Source: Fibrobacteria bacterium
GTDB lineage: Bacteria; Fibrobacterota; Fibrobacteria; UBA11236; JADFYW01
Direction of reading: 5' to 3'
Length of the DNA: 64,000 nt
Assembly: GCA_050294405.1 (NCBI GenBank)
Contig: JBNKOC010000031.1
Location: 1-64,000, forward strand
In this document: positions 40,001 to 50,374 of the stretch, piece after piece
Numbering within the stretch: the stretch's first letter is position 1
How the letters are laid out: each line of letters opens with the position of its first letter
Position numbers and translations under genes: made by a program
Notes under the pieces: generated by a model
The model's database searches: none
Told to the model about the DNA's origin: nothing
The model's input: only the letters and a program-made list of their open reading frames with translations

Positions 40001-41506
40001 ATGAAGCTTTGCATTGCCCACCACCATATGAATCCTGGGGGGGTGACCCAGGTCATTCTCTTTCAAATTAAGGCATTAAAACAATACCCAGATCTTAAAA
40101 TAGAATTATGGTTGGGAGAGCCTCCAGCCAAAAGCCTGGCTTTGCCAAAAAATGTTGCGATTAAAACCAATCCTCTATTAAAATATTTGCCAAAAATTTC
40201 GGGAAAAAAAGAAGCCGAAGAGAAATTACATGCCTTGGAAAATTGGTTTCAAAAAGAGTTGGCTTTTTCAGATATATTGCATATCCACAATCTCAATTTG
40301 GGAAAAAACCCCTTGTTAAATCTCGCAGTCCATTGGCTGGCAGAAAAGGGTTATAAAATTATCAACCATTGCCACGACTTTGCGGAAGACGGGCGGCCCG
40401 ATAATATGAATAATTTGAAAAAATGGATTTCAATATTTTATAAGGGAAATGTTGAAGATGTATTGTATCCCGCCTTTTCTAATTACCAATTTGCCTTGAT
40501 TAATGGTAGAGATTTTGAAAACCTTAAAAAAATCGGAGTGGGTAAAAACAGAGTCCATTTAGCACAGAATCCCATAGAGAAACACAGCAAAAGTGTTGAT
40601 GTGGGAAATGGGCGTTCATTAAAAGAGCTTTTCCAAATTGCAGAACAAAAGCAACTCTGGGTTTACCCGGTGCGGGGAATTCGCCGTAAGAATTTGGGGG
40701 AGATGCTCCTTTTAAGCGTTCTTTTTTCTAGAACTCATGTTTTGGGAATAACCCAACCCCCCAAAAATCCATTGGAGTTAAAGTTTTATAACAACTGGAA
40801 AAAATTTGCCAAAGCAAATAAGATTCCCTTTTTATTTGAGATGGGGATTAAGGCCGATTTTGATCTTATAAAAAATGAAGCTACCGGATTTTTTACCACC
40901 AGTGTTTCTGAGGGTTTTGGAATGGCCTTTTTAGAACCCTGGACCTGGGGAAAGACTCTTGCGGGTCGTGATTTGCCTGAAATTACCCAGCAATTTAAAA
41001 AAGGGGGGCTGAAATTTCCTAGAAATTACAAAAAGCTCTGGGTTCCTTACAGTTGGGTATTGCACAAGGCTGAGTTTTGGAAAGCGGTACAAAAAAACTG
41101 CGAAGCTAATTACAAAGCTAACGGGCTTGCCACCCCCAAAGGTTTTGCGGCGACTATTAAAAACCAGCTATTGTATAATGGGAAAATGGATTTTTGTTAT
41201 TTAGACAGCATGCGCCAGCAGGATATTATAAAAAGAGTTTTAATATCCCCGGAAGAAGGGGAGTGGGTTTTAAGAGAAAACAAGCTGAGTCGCTTATTTT
41301 CCACTCTGCCCTCGAAGGAAATATTGGACAATAAAAATTGCATATACAAAAATTTTGGCATAACCAATTATGGAGAAACTTTGTGGAATATATATGAGTT
41401 TTTATATTCCCAAAATAAAGCCGGAAGGGTAAAGAAAAAAGCAGGGAGTTTAACTATGGCTCAAATTTTTTCAAACCCTTCTTCATTACATCTTATAAGA
41501 AAATAA
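40001..41506 (+). CDS. GT-B (GT4-like) glycosyltransferase
   Basis: HHMNPGGVTQVI, HIHNLNLGKN, HCHDFAED, YPVRGIRRKN, TSVSEGFGMAFLE. Confidence 0.78.
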   Translation: MKLCIAHHHMNPGGVTQVILFQIKALKQYPDLKIELWLGEPPAKSLALPKNVAIKTNPLLKYLPKISGKKEAEEKLHALENWFQKELAFSDILHIHNLNLGKNPLLNLAVHWLAEKGYKIINHCHDFAEDGRPDNMNNLKKWISIFYKGNVEDVLYPAFSNYQFALINGRDFENLKKIGVGKNRVHLAQNPIEKHSKSVDVGNGRSLKELFQIAEQKQLWVYPVRGIRRKNLGEMLLLSVLFSRTHVLGITQPPKNPLELKFYNNWKKFAKANKIPFLFEMGIKADFDLIKNEATGFFTTSVSEGFGMAFLEPWTWGKTLAGRDLPEITQQFKKGGLKFPRNYKKLWVPYSWVLHKAEFWKAVQKNCEANYKANGLATPKGFAATIKNQLLYNGKMDFCYLDSMRQQDIIKRVLISPEEGEWVLRENKLSRLFSTLPSKEILDNKNCIYKNFGITNYGETLWNIYEFLYSQNKAGRVKKKAGSLTMAQIFSNPSSLHLIRK

Positions 41507-41508
41507 AC

Positions 41509-42423
41509 ATGAAAGCATTTTTTGATTTGTTTGAACCACTGGACCCTGTTGAAACGGGAGAAGCTTTTGCATTAAATTGCGATAAATCGGAATTTTCAAA
41601 CATTAAAGCTGTGATTTTCGATATATATGGAACTTTATTGATTTCTGATAGCGGGGATATTGGCGGCGTGTACCATGGAGTAAAACACGCTTTAGAAGTT
41701 TTAGAAAAGGCCCGCTTTGTTTTTAATCCCGATCATTTGGCGGTGGATATTGGCAAACATGTGGTTAACAATTACCTGGAATGTATAGAAATACATCATA
41801 AAGATGAAAAGGCTAAGGGGAATAGTTACCCCGAAGTGGTGATTGAAAAAATTTGGGAGCAGTTAGTGGAGAAGCTGGTAGAAAAACAACTGGTTACGGC
41901 TCCTGAAAAATTCGACTGCAAGGAATTGGCGATGCATTTCGAATTTTTGAATAACCCGACATATCCCATGCCCGGAATGGAAGAAAGTTTGAAAAACATT
42001 AGCGAAATGGGGCTTGAACTGGGCATTGTATCCAATGCCCAGTATTTTACTCCCATGCTCTTGAAGTTTTTTATGAACCAGGAAATCACCGAAGGCTATG
42101 AATCTTTAATGTATTTTAATCCGGACCTGCAAGTTTATTCTTACTTGGAGGGCAAGGCTAAACCAGGATTTGATTTGTATCAAAAAATGGCGGCTAAACT
42201 TAAAGAAAAGGGTATTCTACCTGAGGAAAGTTTGTTCGTGGGCAACGACATGTTAAATGATATCTATGCTTCTAAATCCTGCGGGTTTAAAACAGCTCTG
42301 TTTGCCGGAGATAGACGTTCCTTGAGGTTAAGGGTGGATCATCCCAAATTAGAGGGTGTGGACCCCGACGTGGTTATTACGGATTTACGGCAACTCAAAG
42401 ACCTTTTACAGGGAAAGCTATAG
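41509..42423 (+). CDS. HAD-superfamily phosphatase
   Basis: FDIYGTL (motif I), VSNAQ (II), KP (III), GNDMLND (IV). Confidence 0.85.
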   Translation: MKAFFDLFEPLDPVETGEAFALNCDKSEFSNIKAVIFDIYGTLLISDSGDIGGVYHGVKHALEVLEKARFVFNPDHLAVDIGKHVVNNYLECIEIHHKDEKAKGNSYPEVVIEKIWEQLVEKLVEKQLVTAPEKFDCKELAMHFEFLNNPTYPMPGMEESLKNISEMGLELGIVSNAQYFTPMLLKFFMNQEITEGYESLMYFNPDLQVYSYLEGKAKPGFDLYQKMAAKLKEKGILPEESLFVGNDMLNDIYASKSCGFKTALFAGDRRSLRLRVDHPKLEGVDPDVVITDLRQLKDLLQGKL

Positions 42424-42456
42424 CTTGCAAAAGGGCAGTTTTTGGAGGCTTCCAAA

Positions 42457-43539
42457 ATGCATAACCTTATTCTACTAAATTACACCAGCGACCTTTCTGG
42501 AAGTACCATTGCTCTAAAACGCTTGATTCAGTCTCTGGAGGGAAGTTACTCCATGACTGTTTTAACATCAAAAGGAAGTTACCTTTCAAGTTGCGGTAGC
42601 TATTCAGGTTGCCAGTATGTAAATGCTTTTATTCCCAGAATGGAGCGCAGATATAACCCCGTTTTCTGGCTTAGGTATATTATCCATACTAAAAAGTTGG
42701 AAAAACAAGTTCGCCGGCTTTATACCGAGCAAAATGCTAAGGCCCTTGTAATTAATTGCCTTGAAAATTACGGTGCCGGTTTTTTGAATCCAAAGGGAAT
42801 GAACCTGATTTGGTGGGTGCATGAGCTTTATCTCACGCCTCAATGGCTGTTTAGGGCAATTGCTAAAAAGGTCCAGTATTCCGCCACAAAAATTTTATGC
42901 GTATCACAACCCGTAATGGACTTGTTCTCGGAAAAATCCCAATTGTTGCCTAATGGGGTTTATGTTCCCAATATAGATAGCATTGAAAATCCCTTGGAAA
43001 AAGATGCGCTGGATTTAATTTGGGTGGGTACGGTTTCCCCCAGAAAAGGCTTACATACATTGGGTCCCCTTCTTTTAGATTTAAAGGAAAAATGGCTAAA
43101 CATAAAACTTACGCTTTATGGCAGCTACACCGAAAAATATAAAGCCTATTATGAAGAATGTTTTTCCAGCTTAGCGAATTTGGATATAAGTTTGCAGCGA
43201 AAAGACAATACGCCTGACGAAGAAATTGACTGGGCCAGTTCAAAGATATTAATCCAAACATCTAGCCTTCCTGAATCCTTCAGCCTACCTGTACTTGAAG
43301 CTATGGCTTATGGAATGTTAGTGCTTTGCTCGGAGAAAGGAGGGGTCAGGGATTTTGGCCAGCACGGAAAGAACCTTTTATTCCTTCAACAAATAAAAGG
43401 GAAAATAGCAGATGCACTTTGGGAATATAGAAACTCCCCAGACAGATTACATTCGATACAAAAGCTGGCCAGGAACACCGCGCAAAATTATTCCCTTGCT
43501 AAATTGGGAGAAAGGTTTAAAAAGGCATTGGAAAGCTAA
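42457..43539 (+). CDS. GT4 glycosyltransferase
   Basis: WVHE, CVS, PNGV, VGTVSPRKG, PESFSLPVLEAMAYG. Confidence 0.82.
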   Translation: MHNLILLNYTSDLSGSTIALKRLIQSLEGSYSMTVLTSKGSYLSSCGSYSGCQYVNAFIPRMERRYNPVFWLRYIIHTKKLEKQVRRLYTEQNAKALVINCLENYGAGFLNPKGMNLIWWVHELYLTPQWLFRAIAKKVQYSATKILCVSQPVMDLFSEKSQLLPNGVYVPNIDSIENPLEKDALDLIWVGTVSPRKGLHTLGPLLLDLKEKWLNIKLTLYGSYTEKYKAYYEECFSSLANLDISLQRKDNTPDEEIDWASSKILIQTSSLPESFSLPVLEAMAYGMLVLCSEKGGVRDFGQHGKNLLFLQQIKGKIADALWEYRNSPDRLHSIQKLARNTAQNYSLAKLGERFKKALES

Positions 43540-43556
43540 GGCAACTTTCCCAGTAA

Positions 43557-44372
43557 CTAAGGCTTTTTATAGAGATGCTTGGTTTTCACAACACCTTTTG
43601 GAAAAAGCTTTCTCAATAACATGCGGGAGCCAGAGTCTAATTGCAATACCAAATCTATAATTTTTTGATTGGACCTGCCACGAAAAGAGGTTACATGGAA
43701 TTTATCTTCTTTTTTCACTGGGCTATCGGAAAAGAAATAATTTGAAACACATTGCCTTTTAAAATTTCCCTTTATTTTTTCTACAGAGTGCCAGGATTTA
43801 TCATGGGTGGCCATAATCACAAGTCGATTGTATTTGCAGGCGATCTGAATTGATGTGGATTTAAGTCCATCGGACCAGAGTTCGAGTTTTCCGCCAAATG
43901 AGGGCTCCCAATTGGGTGATACATAATAGAGAAGGTTTAGTACCCGCCATTTTTTTCTTCCATTGTTGTGGGAGTTATCCAAATGGGGATTCAAAAACTG
44001 GGAGTCTTCCATTAAAGAAAGCCCCCCCGCATACAACATGGGGTCGGGATACAAACTGTTTAATTGGCAAATGTCTTTAACTGCTTTCACAATAGAGGGC
44101 TCCTGGAATGCGTAAATAATTTCTTCCAAAAGAGGGTGGTGCTGGTCCATTTGGGCCGAAACAAACTTGTCTTCCCGGATGCTTTTAAGCCGTTTCATTT
44201 CCCGGGGTTTTGGGAAAACCTCATTGATTTTATCCACTACATCTAAAGGTAAGAGTTCATCAATAACAAAATATCCTATTTGATTTTTGGATTCTTGCCA
44301 ATTTTTTTTTGAATTGGATGCGGTTTGCTCCAGTCGACGTAAAATAAGTTTGGCTAATTCAACTCTGTTCAT
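43557..44372 (-). CDS. 2OG-Fe(II) oxygenase
   Basis: HxD in PHLDN, GGKLELW, NRLVI, distal His in SWHSV, downstream Arg. Confidence 0.82.
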   Translation of the reverse strand: MNRVELAKLILRRLEQTASNSKKNWQESKNQIGYFVIDELLPLDVVDKINEVFPKPREMKRLKSIREDKFVSAQMDQHHPLLEEIIYAFQEPSIVKAVKDICQLNSLYPDPMLYAGGLSLMEDSQFLNPHLDNSHNNGRKKWRVLNLLYYVSPNWEPSFGGKLELWSDGLKSTSIQIACKYNRLVIMATHDKSWHSVEKIKGNFKRQCVSNYFFSDSPVKKEDKFHVTSFRGRSNQKIIDLVLQLDSGSRMLLRKLFPKGVVKTKHLYKKP

Positions 44373-44405
44373 TTAAAGTGTTAACCTACGCTGGAAGAAT
44401 TTATT

Positions 44406-45362
44406 CTATTGGATTTGTATGTATAGAGAAGATGGGAAATGCTCTTTTGGGGGCAGGGTAAAGGGCTTGTATATGGAGTCAATAAGCCCGTCTTTATCTT
44501 TTTGAGGGTTGTATTCGGGGAAAATTTTAGCCAATTCATTTTGACGTTCATAATGAAGGTGGCTCAAACAGAAAATTATTCTGGCTTTGGGATTATGGGT
44601 TAAAAAAGCTCTAACCAGGGATGTTTCTGTCCAGTGAAAATAAGTTTGCAAAACATCCCGGGTATAATCGAATGGCAAAAATATATCGTGAATATGAACA
44701 ATAACTCCTGGTTTTAACCTGGGTAAAATTTCCAGGCAGAGGTAATTGACATCGCTCCCGGGTTTTACTGTATGGGAGGAATCAATAAATAGCAAATCGT
44801 TTTTTTCTAAATGGCTAAAAGCCTTTTCAAATGGGACAGACTGGGCCTGCACCGGTATCAGGTTAATTTTAGATCCAATCAGATTTTTAGTGTTTTGCGT
44901 GGGATTGGGATCAATGCAAGTGAGTTCGCAATTATATCCAGTATCAAATTTGTTTTTTTCAATGGCATTTAACATACACCAGCTAGAAACCCCGCTTCCA
45001 ATTTCAACAATTCGCTTGGGTTTAAAATGTCTTATGGCTCCATGCAGAGCTTGGGCTTCAATATATCCAAAACCTGGCCCAAAAGCCTTTTCAACGGCAT
45101 ATTTATAAGCCTCGTTGTTGGCGTATTCCCTTTGATAGGGTAAACAAATAGATTGGAGATCTTCAATTTGCTTATTGAGGTTAATATCGATACCGGGCAA
45201 TTCAGATTTATAAGCCCATTGGGACTTCTTTTTTTCCAAAGCCACAATGTCAGGCATGGGAGAATAATAATGAACCGGCAATATATGTATGCCGAACCGG
45301 GTACCCAGTTTGTGCAGGAATAGTAACTGTTGTTTGAAAAATGTTTTAACTATTCTTTTCAC
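44406..45362 (-). CDS. Class I SAM-dependent methyltransferase (Methyltransf_24-like)
   Basis: VEIGSGVSS, CIDP, LFIDSSH, HIHDIFLP. Confidence 0.85.
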   Translation of the reverse strand: MKRIVKTFFKQQLLFLHKLGTRFGIHILPVHYYSPMPDIVALEKKKSQWAYKSELPGIDINLNKQIEDLQSICLPYQREYANNEAYKYAVEKAFGPGFGYIEAQALHGAIRHFKPKRIVEIGSGVSSWCMLNAIEKNKFDTGYNCELTCIDPNPTQNTKNLIGSKINLIPVQAQSVPFEKAFSHLEKNDLLFIDSSHTVKPGSDVNYLCLEILPRLKPGVIVHIHDIFLPFDYTRDVLQTYFHWTETSLVRAFLTHNPKARIIFCLSHLHYERQNELAKIFPEYNPQKDKDGLIDSIYKPFTLPPKEHFPSSLYIQIQ

Positions 45363-45536
45363 AAAACCTTCCCGGCGGGGCTAAAATTTATTTAGGGAAA
45401 TGGAAATTTACTTTCGCATAATTGGATGGTCAATTGCTTTCTAGGGCTTCTAAAAGCTATTGCCGTAACCCTTTGGCATAAGTACTTTTTATAAAGTTAG
45501 GAATTATTGGCTTTTTCAAAACTGGTACGGTAAAAA

Positions 45537-46994
45537 ATGGATATCTCGAGGCTTAAAATAGGCATTCTCCACTCCTTAATAGGTAAAAATGATGGCGTTT
45601 CCATAGTTATTGATCAAACCATCGAAGCTATGATTGATCAAATGGAAATTCCTCTGGGAAATATACATTTGCTGGCCGCCCATTCGCCTCCCCGCTTTAA
45701 CACTACCCTGGACGATATTTTCTGGCATAAAAACGAACAAAACAAATACATTTTGGCTCATTACAGTCAGGAGCCGGCACCGGATGATTTGGAAGACTTT
45801 ATATTAGAGCACGCCAATTACGCAAAATCCATAATAGCCAAGTTTATAGAAAAAAATGACATCGACTTGTTTATAGTTCACAACAGTTGCCATCCTTCAA
45901 ACTTTGTATATGCTGTGGCTACGGGCATGTATTTTGAAGAAATTCATAACGAAGGCCGTTCTCTTCCTAAATTTTTATTGTGGTGGCACGATAGCCATTT
46001 CGAACGGGATCGCTTTAAAAAGCCCAATTCTATTATCCGAAAATTTTTAAAGTACTTGCCAGGTCCTCATGTTAATGGAATTGTTTTTATTAACACAGAG
46101 CAGGAACTGCTCGCCAACCGCTATTACGCCGAAGAGTTTAAAATGGCTAATTCCGATTTGTTTTTTAAAAGAAAAACAGTTTTTATCCCCAATACCTGTT
46201 CTATTCCCTGGGATTGGAGCCATTTTAAATTAGAGACCAAAAAGCTGGTGGCTCCTCCCGAAGACCAATACAATAAAACCTTTTTGAAGGATATCGGTCT
46301 TATAAAAGACTTGGAAGCTAAAGGTTTTGAACTTGAAGAAACCGTAATTCTGCTCCAACACACCCGAGTGGTCCAACGGAAAAGAATTGATGTATCCATT
46401 GAGTTTGCCATTAGACTGGAAGAAAAATTCCGCAAAGAGGGTATGCACAAAGCCGTTGCGCTTTTGGTTTCCGGCCACTCTGGCGATGAACATGATTCCC
46501 ATTTAATGTATCTCAAGCGAAAATTTTCTGAAACCGTTAAAAAATTTCCAGATAGCAAGGGCCGGGTGTTTTTGTTGTTTGCGGAAAAATACATTCTCCC
46601 CGAAAGAGAAGTTTTGGTGGAGAAAAAATATTATCGTTTTGCGGATATTCCCGCCGTGGTGGCTCGCTGCGGTGGAATGGGCACCTATTTCAGTGAGGTA
46701 GAAGGCTTTGGAAACAATTTGCTGGAAATGATAAGCCAGGGGCTTCCTGTGGTTATAAACAAATACCCTATTTACAAACGAGATATTGAACAGCTCGGAT
46801 TTATGTTGCCATCTGTGGAAAACTGCAAGCTCGAAAACTCAACGATTGATGAGTGTTTTCAATTGCTTACCAATGTTACACAACGCAACCAAATGGTGCT
46901 CCACAACCTCCAGGTGCTACAGGAAAAGCTCCACCACGGGGTTATTGCGGAAAAACTCAGCTGGTTAATCCAGAACATGTTCAAATACCAATAG
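45537..46994 (+). CDS. GT4 glycosyltransferase resembling mannosylglucosylglycerate synthase (MggS-like)
   Basis: N-terminal GKNDGVSI, WHDSHFER, QHTRVVQRKRID, YFSEVEGFGNNLLE. Recalled similarity to MggS-type enzymes, not verified. Confidence 0.65.
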   Translation: MDISRLKIGILHSLIGKNDGVSIVIDQTIEAMIDQMEIPLGNIHLLAAHSPPRFNTTLDDIFWHKNEQNKYILAHYSQEPAPDDLEDFILEHANYAKSIIAKFIEKNDIDLFIVHNSCHPSNFVYAVATGMYFEEIHNEGRSLPKFLLWWHDSHFERDRFKKPNSIIRKFLKYLPGPHVNGIVFINTEQELLANRYYAEEFKMANSDLFFKRKTVFIPNTCSIPWDWSHFKLETKKLVAPPEDQYNKTFLKDIGLIKDLEAKGFELEETVILLQHTRVVQRKRIDVSIEFAIRLEEKFRKEGMHKAVALLVSGHSGDEHDSHLMYLKRKFSETVKKFPDSKGRVFLLFAEKYILPEREVLVEKKYYRFADIPAVVARCGGMGTYFSEVEGFGNNLLEMISQGLPVVINKYPIYKRDIEQLGFMLPSVENCKLENSTIDECFQLLTNVTQRNQMVLHNLQVLQEKLHHGVIAEKLSWLIQNMFKYQ

Positions 46995-47029
46995 CTTTTT
47001 TGCGAAAATGGAGCGTTTTTAGACATTTT

Positions 47030-47045
47030 TGGCAATTAATCTGCA
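47030..47045 (+). promoter_or_regulatory. Putative sigma54 promoter upstream of cytochrome paralogue 1
   Basis: TGGCAATTAATCTGCA, GG-N10-GC spacing, intergenic. Confidence 0.45.
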
Positions 47046-47120
47046 AAAATTTCCGAGAACAGATGGAAATTTCGGGCAGTTCAGGGTAAATTCTTTTTGG
47101 GGGGTACAAACATTTCCAGA

Positions 47121-48515
47121 ATGCAAAAATTCATTTTTGTCTGTTTAAGCATTTTAGCTGTTGAAAATTTCGCAAAATTTGCGGATGTTGTCCGGGATTT
47201 TGATGGAGACTACAGTACAGCTCCCGCACTTTTATCTGCCACTGGGATGTACACAGACATTGTGTCTAAGGAATTGTCTCCGGAATTGGTCTTTTACTCG
47301 GTAAATGTGCCTTACTGGGTAGATGGGGCCCGAAAAACCCGCTATATCTGGCTTCCAGAAGGAACTCAAATAGTACCCAATGATACTGTGGGCTGGGAAT
47401 TTCCCGAAGGGGCCGTAGTCGCCAAAAACTTTTACATAGACACCTTGGCGGGGGATACGGCCAGTGAAATTCTGGTGGAAACCCGGTTGCTTATCAAGCG
47501 GAAAACCAGATGGAGGGCTTTGAATTACCAATGGCGTTTAGATCAAACGGATGCTAATTTAGTCAGCTACAACGCGGGCAATGAAGTGGTTTACCGGAGG
47601 TATGTCAATGGAAAGCTGGACTACTGGCGCTGGCGTTTTCCAGGCAGCACCGCTGAGTGTATCACATGCCATAAATATGCCGTGGGAGTGGTGGGTATCT
47701 CGGCTCCCAATCTAAATAAGTCCAGTCCCCATACAAATGGTGTCAATCAATTGGTGGAGCTTGCGGTGAGGGGGGTTCTCAGTAAAAATGTTTTAGCTGA
47801 AAAGCCCAATCTTATGGCCTGGGCGAATATAAAAGACACCACAGCCAGCGTGGAACACCGAGCTCGCTCCTGGTTTGCAATGAATTGCGGCTATTGCCAC
47901 AATCAAACAGATAAACCTGTGGGAACCACACATGATTTTAGCTATTGGGAAGATGAGCCGGATTTTAACTATTTAAACATTCCCTCCTCCCGGTATCCCG
48001 AATTCCCCTTGTTGATTTTCCCCGGCAAACCTGATAGCTCCTTTGTGCTAAAGCGCATGTCCGAAAGAAGAACCTTTATAAACGGAAACGTGGATCAAAT
48101 GCCTCCTTTGATCAGCTATTTACCGGATACGGGAGCTATTAAAGTTATTTCAGATTGGATTTGTGAATTGGGGCAGAAAGAGGATTGCAATGAGATTGCT
48201 GTTCCCCAGCCTGTGAGCGTAGAAGACGAGGAGTTTATGGCAGATTCGTCCAAGTGGAAGGCAAAAGAAATGCAAACATCCATAGACTTTAGCGATAACC
48301 GGACAAATAAAAAATTAGCTTTCCAAGCAGAACTCAAGGCTGGAACCCTTAAGATTCTTGGCAATCCGGCCCATGTGTCTCTTTTTCATTTAAATGGAAA
48401 GAAAATCCAATTGCGCAACATGGGAAATGGCTTATATTTATTGGAAGAGTCTGTTCAATCTGGAGTTTTTTGGCTTCAAATTTCGGGCTCTACTCGCTTA
48501 ATTCGCTATTTATAG
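47121..48515 (+). CDS. Secreted diheme c-type cytochrome (SO2930/HNE_0200-like) with T9SS-like C-terminal domain, paralogue 1
   Basis: Signal peptide; CITCH and CGYCH; QMPP; tail LFHLNGK...SGVFWLQI. Confidence 0.75.
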   Translation: MQKFIFVCLSILAVENFAKFADVVRDFDGDYSTAPALLSATGMYTDIVSKELSPELVFYSVNVPYWVDGARKTRYIWLPEGTQIVPNDTVGWEFPEGAVVAKNFYIDTLAGDTASEILVETRLLIKRKTRWRALNYQWRLDQTDANLVSYNAGNEVVYRRYVNGKLDYWRWRFPGSTAECITCHKYAVGVVGISAPNLNKSSPHTNGVNQLVELAVRGVLSKNVLAEKPNLMAWANIKDTTASVEHRARSWFAMNCGYCHNQTDKPVGTTHDFSYWEDEPDFNYLNIPSSRYPEFPLLIFPGKPDSSFVLKRMSERRTFINGNVDQMPPLISYLPDTGAIKVISDWICELGQKEDCNEIAVPQPVSVEDEEFMADSSKWKAKEMQTSIDFSDNRTNKKLAFQAELKAGTLKILGNPAHVSLFHLNGKKIQLRNMGNGLYLLEESVQSGVFWLQISGSTRLIRYL

Positions 48516-48587
48516 GGTATCTGGCGGATAGCTGGAAGGGAAAAAAAGAAGTGATGGCAGTAAAAATCGGTATTTTTTATAATTTTT

Positions 48588-48603
48588 TGGCAAAAAACTT
48601 GCC
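48588..48603 (+). promoter_or_regulatory. Putative sigma54 promoter upstream of cytochrome paralogue 2
   Basis: TGGCAAAAAACTTGCC, GG-N10-GC spacing with TTGC. Confidence 0.5.
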
Positions 48604-48727
48604 CGATTTTATTGGCCTAATTATCTTCACTTTTCAGAAAAAGGGGTAAACAATTGAATTTTGTGATGATGTAGGGTATTGCACAAAATTGAATTGAGTG
48701 TTATTGCTAATGCCAGGAGGAGGTTAG

Positions 48728-50134
48728 ATGAAAAATCAACTGAAAATTATTTTGGGGCTGGTGGCACTGGTCTCGACCACATGGGGTGGGTTTATTGATG
48801 CCATTCGCGATTTTGATAACGACTACAGCACAATTCCCGCTGTACTGTCTGAAACAGGTATGTATTCAGATTTTGCCAACAAAGTAGTTGCCGAAGATTT
48901 GATTTACTACGAAGTGAACACACCATATTGGGTGGATGGTACCCATAAAAAGCGTTGGATTTGGCTTCCTCCCGGAACTCAAATTACTCCTAACGATTCC
49001 ATTGGATGGGATTATCCAGAAGGAACTGTAATTGTAAAGAACTTTTCACTGGATACCATTGTGGGAGATCCTTCATCTGAAATCACAATCGAAACACGTA
49101 TCATTGTGAAAAGAGCTACACGCTGGCGTTATATGACCTATGAATGGCGCATAGACCAAACAGAAGCGAATTTGGCAGATAAGCGTTTGGGCAATGAAGT
49201 TTTCTTCCGTCGTCATGTTAATGGCACCCAGGTTCTTTTCCGTTGGAAATATCCCACAAACTCTGAATGTTTGCAATGCCATGCACCCACCATCGGTTCT
49301 GTAGGTATGAACGGACCTAATATGAACTTAACCAGTCCACTGGATGGTACCAAAAACCAGCTGCAGGATTTGGCAGAAAGAGGTGTATTTTCAGTTAATT
49401 TGTTAACAGCTAATCCTACCCTTCATAAATGGGCGGGTATAGATGATCCAGAAGCTTCTCTTGAAGTAAAATCCCGTTCCTGGTTCGCTATGAACTGCGG
49501 ATATTGCCATGCAGATGACCAGAGCCCTGGCGGAGCCCATAGCTTTACCTACTGGCAAGCAGAAAAAGAAGCCAACTATTTAGATTTGCAGTCTTTTGCA
49601 TATGCGGAATTCCCCAAGGTTATTGTACCTGGCTTTCCAGATAGTTCTTACTTCTTAAAAAGAATGACAGAAAGAAAAACCTTTACCACCTTTAACGGAG
49701 ATCAAATGCCTCCTGTTATGACCTATAAAGTGGACTCTGCTGCGGTTGAAGTTATTTCCGACTGGATTTGTGAATTGGGTGGCCAGGCTGCCGGATGTAA
49801 CCGCATTCCTTGGGAAAACCCAGGACCTGTGGAAGAAGACGAATTTGTCATTGATCCTGAGTACTATCAGCCTAAGATTAAAGCTCTTCCCGTTATTCCC
49901 CATGCCATGCCCAATGCAGAATTTGCACTATCTGCATTTATCAAAAACCAGACACTTTATGTTAATGGTTTAAATGTGAATGCAAGCCAAGTCCAGTTGA
50001 TGGATTTAAAAGGAAAGGCTATTGAATTATTGCCTTTGGGAGAAGACAGTTTCTATGTTAAAGGTTCTTTGAAGACTGGCGTATATGTATTGAAAGCCGG
50101 AAGCAAAATTCTGAAATTCAACTATATGTTCTAA
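48728..50134 (+). CDS. Secreted diheme c-type cytochrome with T9SS-like C-terminal domain, paralogue 2
   Basis: AGGAGG RBS; signal peptide; CLQCH and CGYCH; QMPP; tail LMDLKGK...LKTGVYVLKA. Confidence 0.78.
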   Translation: MKNQLKIILGLVALVSTTWGGFIDAIRDFDNDYSTIPAVLSETGMYSDFANKVVAEDLIYYEVNTPYWVDGTHKKRWIWLPPGTQITPNDSIGWDYPEGTVIVKNFSLDTIVGDPSSEITIETRIIVKRATRWRYMTYEWRIDQTEANLADKRLGNEVFFRRHVNGTQVLFRWKYPTNSECLQCHAPTIGSVGMNGPNMNLTSPLDGTKNQLQDLAERGVFSVNLLTANPTLHKWAGIDDPEASLEVKSRSWFAMNCGYCHADDQSPGGAHSFTYWQAEKEANYLDLQSFAYAEFPKVIVPGFPDSSYFLKRMTERKTFTTFNGDQMPPVMTYKVDSAAVEVISDWICELGGQAAGCNRIPWENPGPVEEDEFVIDPEYYQPKIKALPVIPHAMPNAEFALSAFIKNQTLYVNGLNVNASQVQLMDLKGKAIELLPLGEDSFYVKGSLKTGVYVLKAGSKILKFNYMF

Positions 50135-50155
50135 GATATATTTGATATTATTTTT

Positions 50156-50186
50156 AAAAGGCGGTTTTTTTTAACCGCCTTTTTTT
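50156..50186 (+). terminator. Rho-independent terminator after paralogue 2
   Basis: AAAAGGCGGTT-T6-AACCGCCTTTT followed by further Ts. Confidence 0.8.
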
Positions 50187-50374
50187 ATGGACAAAAATTA
50201 AAATTGCGCTGATAACTTCTTGGAATATTGCAATAGGTTTTTCAGGGGTTAACATTTTTTTTAATTTTTGTTACCCCTAATTAATAAAAATTGTGTAATT
50301 TATTTATAAAGCTAATCATTTTTGGTTTACTCGCGTTTTAGCTTTACTTGAAAAATAACATAAAGGGGGGGGCA

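Noticed and set aside
45423..45438. TGGATGGTCAATTGCT as a sigma54 promoter for the MggS-like gene
   Set aside because: Spacing is right, but the -24 element is poor (TGGAT), so it could be chance.
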